The notes below the pieces were generated by a model. The model had not been told where the DNA came from. It searched no databases and saw only the letters and a list, made by a program, of their open reading frames with translations. This document shows, one piece after another, positions 39,083 through 48,683 of a DNA stretch of 64,000 nt. The stretch is taken from assembly GCA_050250895.1 (NCBI GenBank), contig JBFWNU010000001.1, positions 256,001 through 320,000 on the forward strand, given 5' to 3'. Numbering within the stretch: the stretch's first letter is position 1; each line of letters opens with the position of its first letter. Source of the stretch: Vulcanimicrobiota bacterium. GTDB lineage: Bacteria > Vulcanimicrobiota > Xenobia > Xenobiales > JADMJV01. A program made the position numbers and the translations under genes.

Positions 39083-39763
39083 ATGCGGCGTACTCAAAAC
39101 CTTCTCTGGCTTCTCGGCCTGCTCAGCCTGTTGGCGGTGTCCTTCTGGGCCACCGCCGAGACAAAACCCCCGGCAAGCTTTCGCATCGTGCTCGGCGAGG
39201 ATTATCCACCCACTCTCCCCGAGAATCTACCCGTGCGGCTGGCCTCGTTTAGCCAGTCAGGCCCGGTCCTCGAACTAAAGCTCGACGGCAGCCCTTACCG
39301 GGCGGCCAGGTTTCGGGTCGAATATGGCCAGGGAGAGCTCCAGGCCTGGACGGTCAACATCGGCGACTCGGTCAGCAACAACGGTTACGGCGGTGACGGG
39401 GCCACCCAGAGTCGCGACTGCGAGCTGCAGGTGGCCGGAGACACGCTGGCCATCTATGGCTCGGACGCGATGGGTGGACAGGAGCGTCTGCTCAAGAAGG
39501 TGGTCGGCTTCGCCCACTCCGGTCAGACGGTCGATTTCGTGGTGGCCAATGAGTATCTGAGTTGGACCAACTCTCGGGGAACCGACTCGATGAACTCGCC
39601 CTATCTCTTCGCTCTGGCCGGCCAAAGCGATCAGGAAGGGGAACCCAACCACACCATCTACGCCGCCTTCAACCGCACCATCTCGGACGACAGTCGCTCC
39701 GGCAGCGGAGCCACCGCCGTCACTGTCGAGCTGCTAGTTGGCGGCGAGGCTGGCAGCCGCTAG
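39083..39763 (+). CDS. Secreted beta-sandwich hypothetical protein
   Basis: GAGG RBS, signal peptide, WTVNIGDS..NNGYGGDG motif. Confidence 0.7.
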   Translation: MRRTQNLLWLLGLLSLLAVSFWATAETKPPASFRIVLGEDYPPTLPENLPVRLASFSQSGPVLELKLDGSPYRAARFRVEYGQGELQAWTVNIGDSVSNNGYGGDGATQSRDCELQVAGDTLAIYGSDAMGGQERLLKKVVGFAHSGQTVDFVVANEYLSWTNSRGTDSMNSPYLFALAGQSDQEGEPNHTIYAAFNRTISDDSRSGSGATAVTVELLVGGEAGSR

Positions 39764-40240
39764 TTCGGGGGTCACTTCCTTGAGGGCTTCGGGATTTGCC
39801 ACCAGTTGGGAAAGCGTCATACCGGTAGCTTCTCGCAGAAAGGCCAGGGGCCAGTTGCCGGGCAGCCCGGCCGCAAAATCCAGTCCGTAATTCTTGCGCA
39901 GGGTGTCGATGTGGGTATCGCCCCGCTTGGCCCGGATCTGGCCGTTGGCGTTGCGGCTGCGCTCACCCGGCGCGGTTTCGGGAGCCTTCCACTCAGAGAG
40001 CTCGGGTCGGGCTTTGTCGATGGCCTCGGGCTGCTTGAGCAGCTGGGTCAAGGACAGCCCGGTGGCCGCCCGCAACACTTGCAGGGGCATATTGCCGGGC
40101 AGCCCGGCGGCGAAGTTGGCTCCGTACTGCTCGCGTAGAGTCTCGAGTTGAGTGCGGCCGCTTTTGACCCGAAAGCGACCGTCGGCGTTGCGAGTATTGT
40201 GAGTCCTTTGGGCGTCGAGTTCACGGGCAAAATCTTGCAT
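39734..40240 (-). CDS. Two-repeat small protein (R..DG..R.K..T...TLR..YG..FA family); possibly the 3' part of a frameshifted gene starting at 40449
   Basis: Two ~50-aa copies: RNADGRFRVKSGRTQLETLREQYGANFAAGLPGN and RNANGQIRAKRGDTHIDTLRKNYGLDFAAGLPGN. Confidence 0.8.
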   Translation of the reverse strand: MQDFARELDAQRTHNTRNADGRFRVKSGRTQLETLREQYGANFAAGLPGNMPLQVLRAATGLSLTQLLKQPEAIDKARPELSEWKAPETAPGERSRNANGQIRAKRGDTHIDTLRKNYGLDFAAGLPGNWPLAFLREATGMTLSQLVANPEALKEVTPELAAASLAAN

Positions 40241-40584
40241 AAACCTGCGAGAGGCCTCGATGCCCTGCCGGTCGTCAGGGCCCCCCCGACCACTCCGCCC
40301 ATCAAAAGCGGCACCGGGCCGGCCTCGACCAGGTCGGAAAGAGCGGGTCCAGCCGCTAGCAGGGCGGTGCTGACATCCTCAGCCGCCCGCTCCTCAGGGG
40401 TGTTTTTGTATCGAAGGGCGATAGGCGTGAAATTTACGGACTTTACCATCGTCCTCAGTGTAGTGGCCCGAACTGAAGTTTTCCTGAAAGAATTCCTTCG
40501 CTGGATGCGAAACGACTCGCCGGCCCGCCTGGCAAGTTCTCCGAGGGTCACGAGCCCAGCCTAAACCCTGACGCAGGGTTAGGG

Positions 40585-40944
40585 TCAATGCCTGTTCTTG
40601 AGATCGCAGCGCTGGTAATCGGGGTCGGCCAGGCGATCCTTGCGCTTGCGGTCACAACGAGTGTGATAAGAATCGACCTCCGGGTCGCGATAGCCGGGGC
40701 GGCCGTAGTTGTAGGTGTCGTAGCCCAACGACGGATAACCGCCGCCCACGTAGGAGCCCTGACGAGCCCGACCGCTGCCGTAGTAGTAGTCGAGCCCTGC
40801 GCAAATGTTGGGGTTGTTAACGACCCCCTGGACGCGGTTGGGCACGGGCGGCCGCTGGGACACGGGCGGGACGATGACCTTGCCGAAATCCTGGGCGCAA
40901 AGCGGCGCGGTCAAAACAAAGAAAAGAAAAATCCAGCGTTTCAC
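40585..40944 (-). CDS. Small secreted Tyr/Gly-rich protein
   Basis: Signal peptide MKRWIFLFFVLTAPLCA; TAAGCT 6 nt before the GTG start. Confidence 0.75.
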   Translation of the reverse strand: MKRWIFLFFVLTAPLCAQDFGKVIVPPVSQRPPVPNRVQGVVNNPNICAGLDYYYGSGRARQGSYVGGGYPSLGYDTYNYGRPGYRDPEVDSYHTRCDRKRKDRLADPDYQRCDLKNRH

Positions 40945-40990
40945 GGCCTCAGCTTAGCCGCAAAACGCCGGATGAGCTATGAACAGGAGG

Positions 40991-42433
40991 TTAACGACAA
41001 CCGGTGGCAGGCAAATAGGTGCCGGGCCGAACCGACGGGCGGACGGGGCTCACCTCGGCTTTGGTGGCCCCCTCGCCGGTCGCTTCGACCGAACCCGAAA
41101 CGGGCTCGACGGTATAGTCGGCACGATGCACGAACTCGAACTTCTGGCCGCTATAGTCGATTGTATAGTGGGCGAACAGCACCCGACCGCCGGCCGGGCA
41201 GGGCACGGTGCGCGCATAGCGCACCAACTTTTCTTCAAACAATCGAGGGTGATATTTCTGGGCCGTGAAGACCGAGGTCAGCGCAATCGACTCGGCCACA
41301 TGCAGGTAGCGTCCCAGGTTGCGGGCGTCGACCTTGCCGGTATACTCGTCTCGCTGTCCGTGCTGGTCGACGATGTAGACGCGCACGAAGAAGTCGATCA
41401 CATCCACCGAGAAGACGCGCCAGATGATGATGCCAAAGGCGCTGGCCCAGCGCTCGAGAAAGGCTTGCCAGGGTCGAGCCAGCGGTCGCCCCTCGATGAA
41501 GTTATACCACTGGCAGAACTTGGCCGGACCGAGCAATACCAGATACATCAGCAAGAAGCCGGTCAGGCCGGCGGCCAGCCAGGCCGGCAGGATGGGCAGG
41601 CTCTGGTGCACCTGAGTCTGATGGACGAACTGAGCCAACCACAGGTCAAAGCGACTGCCGGCGGGCACAAAAAGCAGACCGGCCGTCATGACCATCGGCA
41701 GCAAGAAGGCCAGGCGAATCTGGGTCATCACGAACAAGAACGAAAGCGCGATGGCCAGCGCGCCCACCCAGCGGGTGGGAGGATAGAGCATCAGCAGGCC
41801 AGCCGCAATCTGCACCCGGAATGCGCTCTGATTAAGAAAGCGATAGATGGGGTGACCCGGGTCGGTGTGACGATAGAGCTTCCAGAAGCGGCCCCAGAAG
41901 GGATTGGCCAGGCCCAGTTGCATACCGGCGTTGCCGGCATAACCGCAGACCGACTTGTAGCTGCCGGCACACATCTGGATGACGGCGTAGTCGACCTGGA
42001 AGACCAGCACGGTGGCGGCCAGGACCCAGCCGTTGAGGTCGAGATAACGACCCACTTCCAGGCAGAAGACGCAGGCGGCCAACCAGTAGCAGAAGAATCC
42101 CGGTGCGCCCATTCCCCGTAGCAGACTGCTCCAGCGGGTATGAACGTAGTAATACCAGCAGATGCCCAGATTGACGGCGGCGAAGACCACCGTATCCACG
42201 CCGCGGATGAGCATGGCTGCCGAGACCAACCACAGGCCCGTGAGCAACGTGTGCGCGAAAGGGTTCTCCAGTAGCTCGGTGTTGCGATCCCCATAGCCAC
42301 CCCAGCGGGTGCTGCGATAGAACCATCGCCCCGGCAGGGCCGTCCATAGGATGGTACCGACCAGCAGCCAGCCGTAGGCCATTCTGATGACGGCCTGGGT
42401 GGTCGGTGAGAGAACGGGCAGCAAATCAGACAT
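40991..42433 (-). CDS. HTTM-like multi-TM membrane protein
   Basis: ATG 42433; ...IRMAYG.LL, AGSYK..G..G.AGM, many TM helices; family inferred from a weak pattern. Confidence 0.55.
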   Translation of the reverse strand: MSDLLPVLSPTTQAVIRMAYGWLLVGTILWTALPGRWFYRSTRWGGYGDRNTELLENPFAHTLLTGLWLVSAAMLIRGVDTVVFAAVNLGICWYYYVHTRWSSLLRGMGAPGFFCYWLAACVFCLEVGRYLDLNGWVLAATVLVFQVDYAVIQMCAGSYKSVCGYAGNAGMQLGLANPFWGRFWKLYRHTDPGHPIYRFLNQSAFRVQIAAGLLMLYPPTRWVGALAIALSFLFVMTQIRLAFLLPMVMTAGLLFVPAGSRFDLWLAQFVHQTQVHQSLPILPAWLAAGLTGFLLMYLVLLGPAKFCQWYNFIEGRPLARPWQAFLERWASAFGIIIWRVFSVDVIDFFVRVYIVDQHGQRDEYTGKVDARNLGRYLHVAESIALTSVFTAQKYHPRLFEEKLVRYARTVPCPAGGRVLFAHYTIDYSGQKFEFVHRADYTVEPVSGSVEATGEGATKAEVSPVRPSVRPGTYLPATGCR

Positions 42434-42947
42434 GGGTGTCCTCCGGTTCGGGGGGAATCTTTTCGAAGGAAAAGGTACCAAAGAGCAGGTCGCCCAGGGG
42501 GCAGACTACGTTGTAGTTGACGCGGGCCCGGCGATGGTGGCGGCGGTGATGCTCGCACAGAAAGCGAAAAAGAGCCACGTTGCCCAGCCGCGAGGCCGAA
42601 TGCATCGCCCAATGGAGCAGCTCATAGGTGATGATATAACCGGCCGTGCCGATCACGGCGCCCAGAGCCCCCGCCTGCCCGCCCAGCCAGAACCAGAGCA
42701 GATAGTAGGGAGTGTTGGCCAAAAAGACCACGGGCATGTAGGAAGTCTCGAACAGGTGGTACTCGCGCTCGGCCTCACACTTGGCGTAGTACTGGCCGGG
42801 AGCACGGCGATGGGAGTGGTGCTCGAGAGTGTGGCGGCGAAAGGCCAGTTTGAAGCGCGGGTCGTGCATGATGTGACGGTGGATGATCCACTCCAGCACG
42901 CTTCCGAAGACGCCGGTGGCCAGCAGGGCGAGTAGAAATTCCTTCAT
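42426..42947 (-). CDS. Fatty acid hydroxylase/sterol desaturase family protein
   Basis: His boxes EW.IHR.IMH, HTLEHH, YE.LH..MH, HHRRHH, NYNV..PL.D.LFGT. Confidence 0.9.
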   Translation of the reverse strand: MKEFLLALLATGVFGSVLEWIIHRHIMHDPRFKLAFRRHTLEHHSHRRAPGQYYAKCEAEREYHLFETSYMPVVFLANTPYYLLWFWLGGQAGALGAVIGTAGYIITYELLHWAMHSASRLGNVALFRFLCEHHRRHHRRARVNYNVVCPLGDLLFGTFSFEKIPPEPEDTHV

Positions 42948-42992
42948 TGCTCGACCCTAGCCGGTGGTCGGCCGGGTTGTATTTGATCGCGG

Positions 42993-45155
42993 TCAAGTGG
43001 CCAGGCGCTGCTCGAGATGCTCGCGGATGCTGGCCGGAGGGTCGAGCGCCAGCAGCTTCCGGCAACACTCGGCCAGGCCTGCCTTGCGTCCCTGGCTATG
43101 GAGAATTTCGACGGCCGTCATCATCAGGGGCACGCTCTCGCCATCCTCGGGCAGATGCTCTTCCAGCACATCGGCCGCCTCGGGCCCACGGTTGAGATAA
43201 TCGAGCAGGCCAGCCAGCTCGTGGAGAGCCCCTCGGTGAGCCGGGTTCAGTGCCAGGGCCTTACGGTAATGCTCGACCGCCAACTCGTCGCGATCGTGCC
43301 GATTGTATAGTCGCCCCAGCCGAAAATGGAGCGTGTCTGACTCGGTGTTGGCCAGTCGGGCCTCGAGCCGCTCGATGTCGAGCAGTTCGCCCTCGGAGGC
43401 CCGCATCGCCACCGGCAAGGTGATCTCCCAACGCTCGGCTACGGGGCCCAGGGCCCGCGCCCGCACCCTCTCGTAGTCGTCAACCAGAGACGAAGCCGGG
43501 TGCTCCGGCTGCAGGTCCAACTCTATCCGCTCGGGCGGTTGGATGCCCAGGATCGCGAGCTGTTCACTCAGCACGGGATGGGTGTCGAGCCAGGTCTGCT
43601 CCTGCTCGAGGGCCCGCCGATAGGCCTTCTGCACGGCTTCGTCCGAAGCCTGACCCACCTCGCGCAGGGCCAACCTCACCAGATCGCGCTCGCTCTCGGC
43701 CTGGCGTATCTGCCGGCGCATCACCGTCCCGATAGCCTCGCCAAACATCCGGCTCACCACCGCCAGCTTGATCAACAGGCGGGCTTCTATCTGCGGATCT
43801 ACTTGCTGATGGGCCCGGGCGTCGGCGGCCCGTTCGCAGTGGCGAATATAGACCTGGGCCCGCACCAGAAAGCGCGGGATGTACCACTGGGCAAAGGAAG
43901 CGAAAGAGCCGAACCCGCCTTCTCCTCCGACCGAAGCCCCAACCCGGGACCAGGATTGGACGGTTCGATAGATACGTAGCGACCTGGGATCGTCGTGACG
44001 CAAGTGAGCCAGTTCATGGGCCATCACCGCCTCGAACTCCTCCACATCGGCGATCTCGAGCAGAGGCACCCCGGCCATCACGACGCGCCGATAGTCTCCT
44101 CGACCTAACTGGCGCTCGGTGGCGGCAGCGTTGACCTCGTCGTTGATCACGAACAGATCCACCCTGGGGGCCCCGACCTTGTGCCCCAGCTCGTCGAGCC
44201 AGGCATACAACCTGGGCGCCTGATCGCGAGTGAGGCGAACGGGAGGCAGATCGTCGCCTTTGGGAATGCGAAACCACGAGGTCACGCTGTTCCATAGCGC
44301 CGCCATCAGGCCCAGCCCAACCACCAGCAATTTGGCTCCTTTGGCCAGAAAGAGTTTGAGGGCGATCCAGATGGCGACCCCCGAGTGGGCCTTGGCCGCC
44401 GCCACCACCAGGCCGACCGCCCCCGTTATCACGGCCAGCAGAATCAGCAATCCTCCGGCCATGGCCAGCTGCCCCAGGAAGACCCATCCTAGCAACATGC
44501 GCCAGTAGCCCGCCGGGTTGCGCTCGAGGCTGGCCTGTAGGTCTCGGGATTGCGCGAGCATCGCCTTCGGGCTCAGCTGGTGATCAAACTCGATGCCTTC
44601 CTCGGCTTGTTCGCCGGCTTGGCCCGCGTCGAGAGCCTCGAGGTCCTGGCGCTGCTTGGCCAGCAACTGGGCGCACTCCGGGCACAGACGCTCGGGACCA
44701 TCGTGATACTCAAGCCGCGCCTCGACCTTTCGACACAGTTTGCAGAAGCGGTCCCCCGCCGGGGCCCCGGCCAGGATGGCGGCGCTCAGTTGCCGCATCA
44801 GGCCCGCCAGGGCGGGGGCTTTGGGCGGTTTCTCACTCCAGGTGTCGGGTAGCACCAGTTGTAGCGCTCCGTCTTCCAACTGAAAGCGATTCAGATCGAA
44901 CTCGCCTTTCGCCTGGCGCAGGCTGGCGGCCAGTTCTAAGTCCTGGTCGAGTCGCCGGCGACACTGGTAGATGCACTCTCCCTCGGGGAAGACTCCGATC
45001 ACGATGGCCGGACCGGTCGTGCTACCGAACACCGCGAAATCGAAGTAGCCCAGTTCGCCCCAGACGACCTTGACCCCGGCCGTCTGTCCGTCGGTGACGG
45101 TAGCGCCCAATTCGCTGGCCAGACCTTCATACCAGCTCTTACCAAAGACTCCCAT
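42993..45155 (-). CDS. M48-family membrane zinc metalloprotease with N-terminal extension and C-terminal TPR
   Basis: EVNAAA, AVMAHELAH, E..AD, DTHP...; CxxC...CPEC linker; TPR (HFRLG.LY...AVEHYRKALALNP). Confidence 0.88.
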   Translation of the reverse strand: MGVFGKSWYEGLASELGATVTDGQTAGVKVVWGELGYFDFAVFGSTTGPAIVIGVFPEGECIYQCRRRLDQDLELAASLRQAKGEFDLNRFQLEDGALQLVLPDTWSEKPPKAPALAGLMRQLSAAILAGAPAGDRFCKLCRKVEARLEYHDGPERLCPECAQLLAKQRQDLEALDAGQAGEQAEEGIEFDHQLSPKAMLAQSRDLQASLERNPAGYWRMLLGWVFLGQLAMAGGLLILLAVITGAVGLVVAAAKAHSGVAIWIALKLFLAKGAKLLVVGLGLMAALWNSVTSWFRIPKGDDLPPVRLTRDQAPRLYAWLDELGHKVGAPRVDLFVINDEVNAAATERQLGRGDYRRVVMAGVPLLEIADVEEFEAVMAHELAHLRHDDPRSLRIYRTVQSWSRVGASVGGEGGFGSFASFAQWYIPRFLVRAQVYIRHCERAADARAHQQVDPQIEARLLIKLAVVSRMFGEAIGTVMRRQIRQAESERDLVRLALREVGQASDEAVQKAYRRALEQEQTWLDTHPVLSEQLAILGIQPPERIELDLQPEHPASSLVDDYERVRARALGPVAERWEITLPVAMRASEGELLDIERLEARLANTESDTLHFRLGRLYNRHDRDELAVEHYRKALALNPAHRGALHELAGLLDYLNRGPEAADVLEEHLPEDGESVPLMMTAVEILHSQGRKAGLAECCRKLLALDPPASIREHLEQRLAT

Positions 45156-45215
45156 CCCCGGCAATTCGCGCTAACGGACCTTTCCCCCGCCCAGCCAGCC
45201 GCTCAGCTCCGCGCG

Positions 45216-46913
45216 TCAGAAACCATTTTGGCGCAGCCAGGCACCCAGATCATCAGAGACCGACTCCATGTAGCGCGCTTCGCCACGAAAGACGTTCTTC
45301 TCGAGAAACTCCGCCGTTTGGGGGTCATTCTTCCTAATGGCCAGGCCTCTCAATTGGTCGCGGGTGGGCCAGGTGGAGGCCACCTGCAACCAGGATTCGA
45401 AGGCCGGCAACTCCTTCCACTTCTGGTTCAGGCAATCCATGAAAGCCTCACGGTTGGGCTCACTGACCCCATGAACCAATCCCCACAGAGCCATGCCCGT
45501 TGTATCCTCGTCGCTTTCGGCCAGCACCTTCACCAGACGCCGGGCCACGCCAGGGTCGCCGTTGTTGGATAGATCGACCAACAACTCACGGGCGCGGTCT
45601 TTGCCTGGTCGCGTTTCAAGCTCGCTGATCAACTCCTCGGCCTTGCCCTCCAGAACGGCTTTGAACGGGCCCGGCTTTACACTTTCCAGGGCTGCTCGGT
45701 CACCGTTGCGGGCCAGCAGGCGGGTGGTCTGCTCGGCCAGATGCGGACGGTGGAGAGCCGGCCCAGCCGCCTCGAGACGCTCGAGCCCGGGTCGCAAAAG
45801 GGTCCTGGCGAAAGCCTGAAAGGCCTCTCGGTCCGCCGGTCTCACCCGGCAGCGACCCAGGTAGTCCGATTCGGTGTTCAAAAATCCGAGGGTGCTGTCG
45901 TCGGCCTGCCTTGACAGCTTGAGGGCCAGGTCGAGAAAGGTGCCGACCTTCGCCTCGCCGTGGCGAACCAGGCGCCACTGGTTGGCGGTCAGGGCGAATT
46001 GCTCCTCGTTCTCTAGCTTGTCGAAGTCCTGCTCGCAAAGCTGAGTGTCGGTGCGATACACCCCTTTGCCCCCGGCGTTGGGATAGGCCCACTTGACCTG
46101 GCCCACCGCCGGTAGCTCGACCCTGGCCTGCGGCTCGCAGAGCATTACCCGGTGGGTCTTGACGCCCTGCGAATCCTCATAGCGAATAGCCACGGGAATG
46201 ATCCAGCGCTGGTCGTAGGTGCCCTTCGAATCGGGATAGAGCTTGAAGGCTTCCTGACTCAAATCGAGACTACCATCGGGCTCTAGCTTCGAGCGCACCA
46301 TGGGCAAGTGAGGTTGGGCGAGCCAACCGTCCATCACCTTGCTCCAGTCGCCCGGGAGGCTGGCGAACAGGTCACCGGGGGTGGCCGGACGGCCGTCATG
46401 AGCGGCCACGAACCTGTCGATGGCCCGAGCTAGCCGGTCCGGCCCCAGGTAGTCGTCGACCATGTCGAGCAAAGCGCGTGTCTTTGCCGCCGCGAAATCG
46501 GGCCACTGGTTCCACGTGTCTTCAACCAGCGAATCGGTCACCGCGAAGGGCTCCTCGGCGATTCTCCAAAGGGTACCGGCGGTGCGGCGGGTCTCCATGG
46601 CGCGGGTGTGCCAGTCGGGACGAAGGTCGCCGATGGCCCGGTCAGCTCGCCAGTCGGCCACGGCCTTCCAGAAGTGCTCGTGCTTGGGTTGGGAGGGAGT
46701 CACCTGGTTGGCCACCCAGCTCTCGACTGCCTGACGAGACTGCTCGATTGCTACCGCCGGGACAACCCCCGGAACGAGCAAGTGGGCGCGAAGGTCGGGG
46801 AATGCGACCTCACGGACAGCCTGCAACCGAGCACTGTCGGGCGAGTTGGGGGCGCCAACGGAAGGTCTGGTCGGGAAAAGGGAACGAGGCGTGAGAGCTG
46901 GACCAATCTGCAT
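45216..46913 (-). CDS. Degenerate M1-aminopeptidase-like protein (ERAP1-like C-terminus), no HExxH
   Basis: SWVANQVT, K...LLDMV.DYLG, MDGWL.QP..P, W.IPV.I, NAGGKGVYR; MQIG start. Confidence 0.8.
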   Translation of the reverse strand: MQIGPALTPRSLFPTRPSVGAPNSPDSARLQAVREVAFPDLRAHLLVPGVVPAVAIEQSRQAVESWVANQVTPSQPKHEHFWKAVADWRADRAIGDLRPDWHTRAMETRRTAGTLWRIAEEPFAVTDSLVEDTWNQWPDFAAAKTRALLDMVDDYLGPDRLARAIDRFVAAHDGRPATPGDLFASLPGDWSKVMDGWLAQPHLPMVRSKLEPDGSLDLSQEAFKLYPDSKGTYDQRWIIPVAIRYEDSQGVKTHRVMLCEPQARVELPAVGQVKWAYPNAGGKGVYRTDTQLCEQDFDKLENEEQFALTANQWRLVRHGEAKVGTFLDLALKLSRQADDSTLGFLNTESDYLGRCRVRPADREAFQAFARTLLRPGLERLEAAGPALHRPHLAEQTTRLLARNGDRAALESVKPGPFKAVLEGKAEELISELETRPGKDRARELLVDLSNNGDPGVARRLVKVLAESDEDTTGMALWGLVHGVSEPNREAFMDCLNQKWKELPAFESWLQVASTWPTRDQLRGLAIRKNDPQTAEFLEKNVFRGEARYMESVSDDLGAWLRQNGF

Positions 46914-46933
46914 CGGTCAAGGCTAGTCGCAAT

Positions 46934-48649
46934 TCATGAAAAGAAGCTGAAACTGGCCGACGCCCCGCTCAGCCAGGCGCCCAGGTCGCCGGCTACCGGG
47001 TCCATATAGCGAATCTCGTTCCGAAAGACTTCCTGGTCGAGAAACTCCAAAGCCTGGGCGTCATTCTTCGCTTGGGCCAGTTCGCGCAAATGGCCACGAG
47101 CGGGCCAGCCCGCGGCCACTCGCAACCAGGATTCAAAGGCCGGCAATTCTCTCCAGTTCTGGCTCAGACTCTCCATGAAGGCCTCACGGTTGGGCTCGCT
47201 GACGCCAAACGCCAACCCCCAGACGGCATTTGCGGCCGTATCCTCCGGGCAATCGGCCAGCACCCTCACCAGTCGCCTGGCCACCTCAGGCTCAGCGGTG
47301 TTGGACAGATTGACCACCAGCTCGCGAGCCCGGTCCTTGTCGGGATGAGTTTCCAGTTCGCCGATCAGGGCCTCGGCCTTGCCTTCGAGAACCGCCTTGA
47401 AGGGGCCCGGCTTGACCTGTTCCAGGGCTTGCTGGTCGCCGTTGAGAGCCAACAGGTCCGTGGTTTGCTCGGCCAGGCGGGGGCGGTGGAGAGCGGGTCC
47501 GGCCGCCTCGAGACGCTCGAGCCCGGGGCGCAACAGGGTCCTGGCCAGAGCCTGAAAGGCCTCTCGATCCTGGGGGTTCACACGACAGCGTCCCAGGTAG
47601 TCTATCTCGGTATTGAGCAAACCCAGAGTGCTGTCGTCGGCCTGCTTTGACATCTTGACGGCCAGGTCGAGAAAGGTGCCGACCTTCACCTCGCCGTGGC
47701 GAACCAGGCGCCACTGGTTGGCGGTGATGGCAAACCGCTCGTCGTTCTCTAGCTTGTCGAAGTCCTGATCGCAAAGCTGAGTATCGGTGCGATAGACCCC
47801 TTTGCCTCCGGCGTTGGGATAGGCCCACTTGACCTGACCCACGGCCGGCAGTTCGATTCTGGCCTGCGGCTCGGAAAGCATTACCCGGTGGGTCTTAAGG
47901 CCCTGCGAATCCTCATAACGAATCGCCACGGGAATGGTCCAGCTCTGGTCGTAGCTCCCGTCTGAATCGGGGTAGAGCTTGAAGGCCTCCTGGCTTAAAG
48001 CGAGGCTACCATCGGGCTCTAGCTTCGACCGCACCATGGGCAGGTGAGGTTGAGCAAGCCAACCGTCCATCACCTTGCTCCAGTCGCCGGGCAGGCTGGC
48101 GAACAGGTCACCAGGGGTGGCCGAATGGCCCTCCTGGGCGGCCACGAATTTGTCGATGGCCCGGGCCACCTGGTCGGCACCCAGGTAGTTGTCGACCATG
48201 TCGAGCAGCACGCAGGTCTTTTTTTCGGCAAACTCGGGCCAGAGGTTCCACTTGTCCTCAACCAGCGAATCGGTCACCGTGAAGGGGTCCTCGGCGATAT
48301 CCCAGAGGGTGCCCGCGGTCTGTCGATTCTCCATGGCGCGGGTGTGCCAATCGGGACGAAGGTCGTCGATAGCCCGGGTGGCGCGCCACTGAGCGACCCC
48401 CTTCCAGAAGTGTTGATGCTTGGGGTCGGCGGGAACCACCTGGTTGCTCACCCAGCTCTCGACCGCCTGACGGGCTTGCTCGATGGCGACGGTGGGAGCC
48501 ACCCCGGGCTTTAGCAGGGTGGCTCGAAGGTCTGGGAATTCTTTTGCCAGATCGGCCTGCAGCTCGGCCCTGTCAGGGGAAACCGTGGTAGCGACCGAGG
48601 GCCTGGAGAGAAAAGGCGAACGAAGCGAGAGAACCGGACCGATCTGCAT
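46934..48649 (-). CDS. Degenerate M1-aminopeptidase-like protein, tandem paralogue
   Basis: Colinear with and highly similar to 45216..46913, including long identical peptide blocks. Confidence 0.8.
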   Translation of the reverse strand: MQIGPVLSLRSPFLSRPSVATTVSPDRAELQADLAKEFPDLRATLLKPGVAPTVAIEQARQAVESWVSNQVVPADPKHQHFWKGVAQWRATRAIDDLRPDWHTRAMENRQTAGTLWDIAEDPFTVTDSLVEDKWNLWPEFAEKKTCVLLDMVDNYLGADQVARAIDKFVAAQEGHSATPGDLFASLPGDWSKVMDGWLAQPHLPMVRSKLEPDGSLALSQEAFKLYPDSDGSYDQSWTIPVAIRYEDSQGLKTHRVMLSEPQARIELPAVGQVKWAYPNAGGKGVYRTDTQLCDQDFDKLENDERFAITANQWRLVRHGEVKVGTFLDLAVKMSKQADDSTLGLLNTEIDYLGRCRVNPQDREAFQALARTLLRPGLERLEAAGPALHRPRLAEQTTDLLALNGDQQALEQVKPGPFKAVLEGKAEALIGELETHPDKDRARELVVNLSNTAEPEVARRLVRVLADCPEDTAANAVWGLAFGVSEPNREAFMESLSQNWRELPAFESWLRVAAGWPARGHLRELAQAKNDAQALEFLDQEVFRNEIRYMDPVAGDLGAWLSGASASFSFFS

Positions 48650-48683
48650 ATGTTGAGATTAGTCGGCGCTCGTTATCAGGATG

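Noticed and set aside
45216-48649. Assembly artefact causing the tandem duplication
   Set aside because: The copies differ by many synonymous and amino-acid changes throughout, so it is a real diverged duplication.
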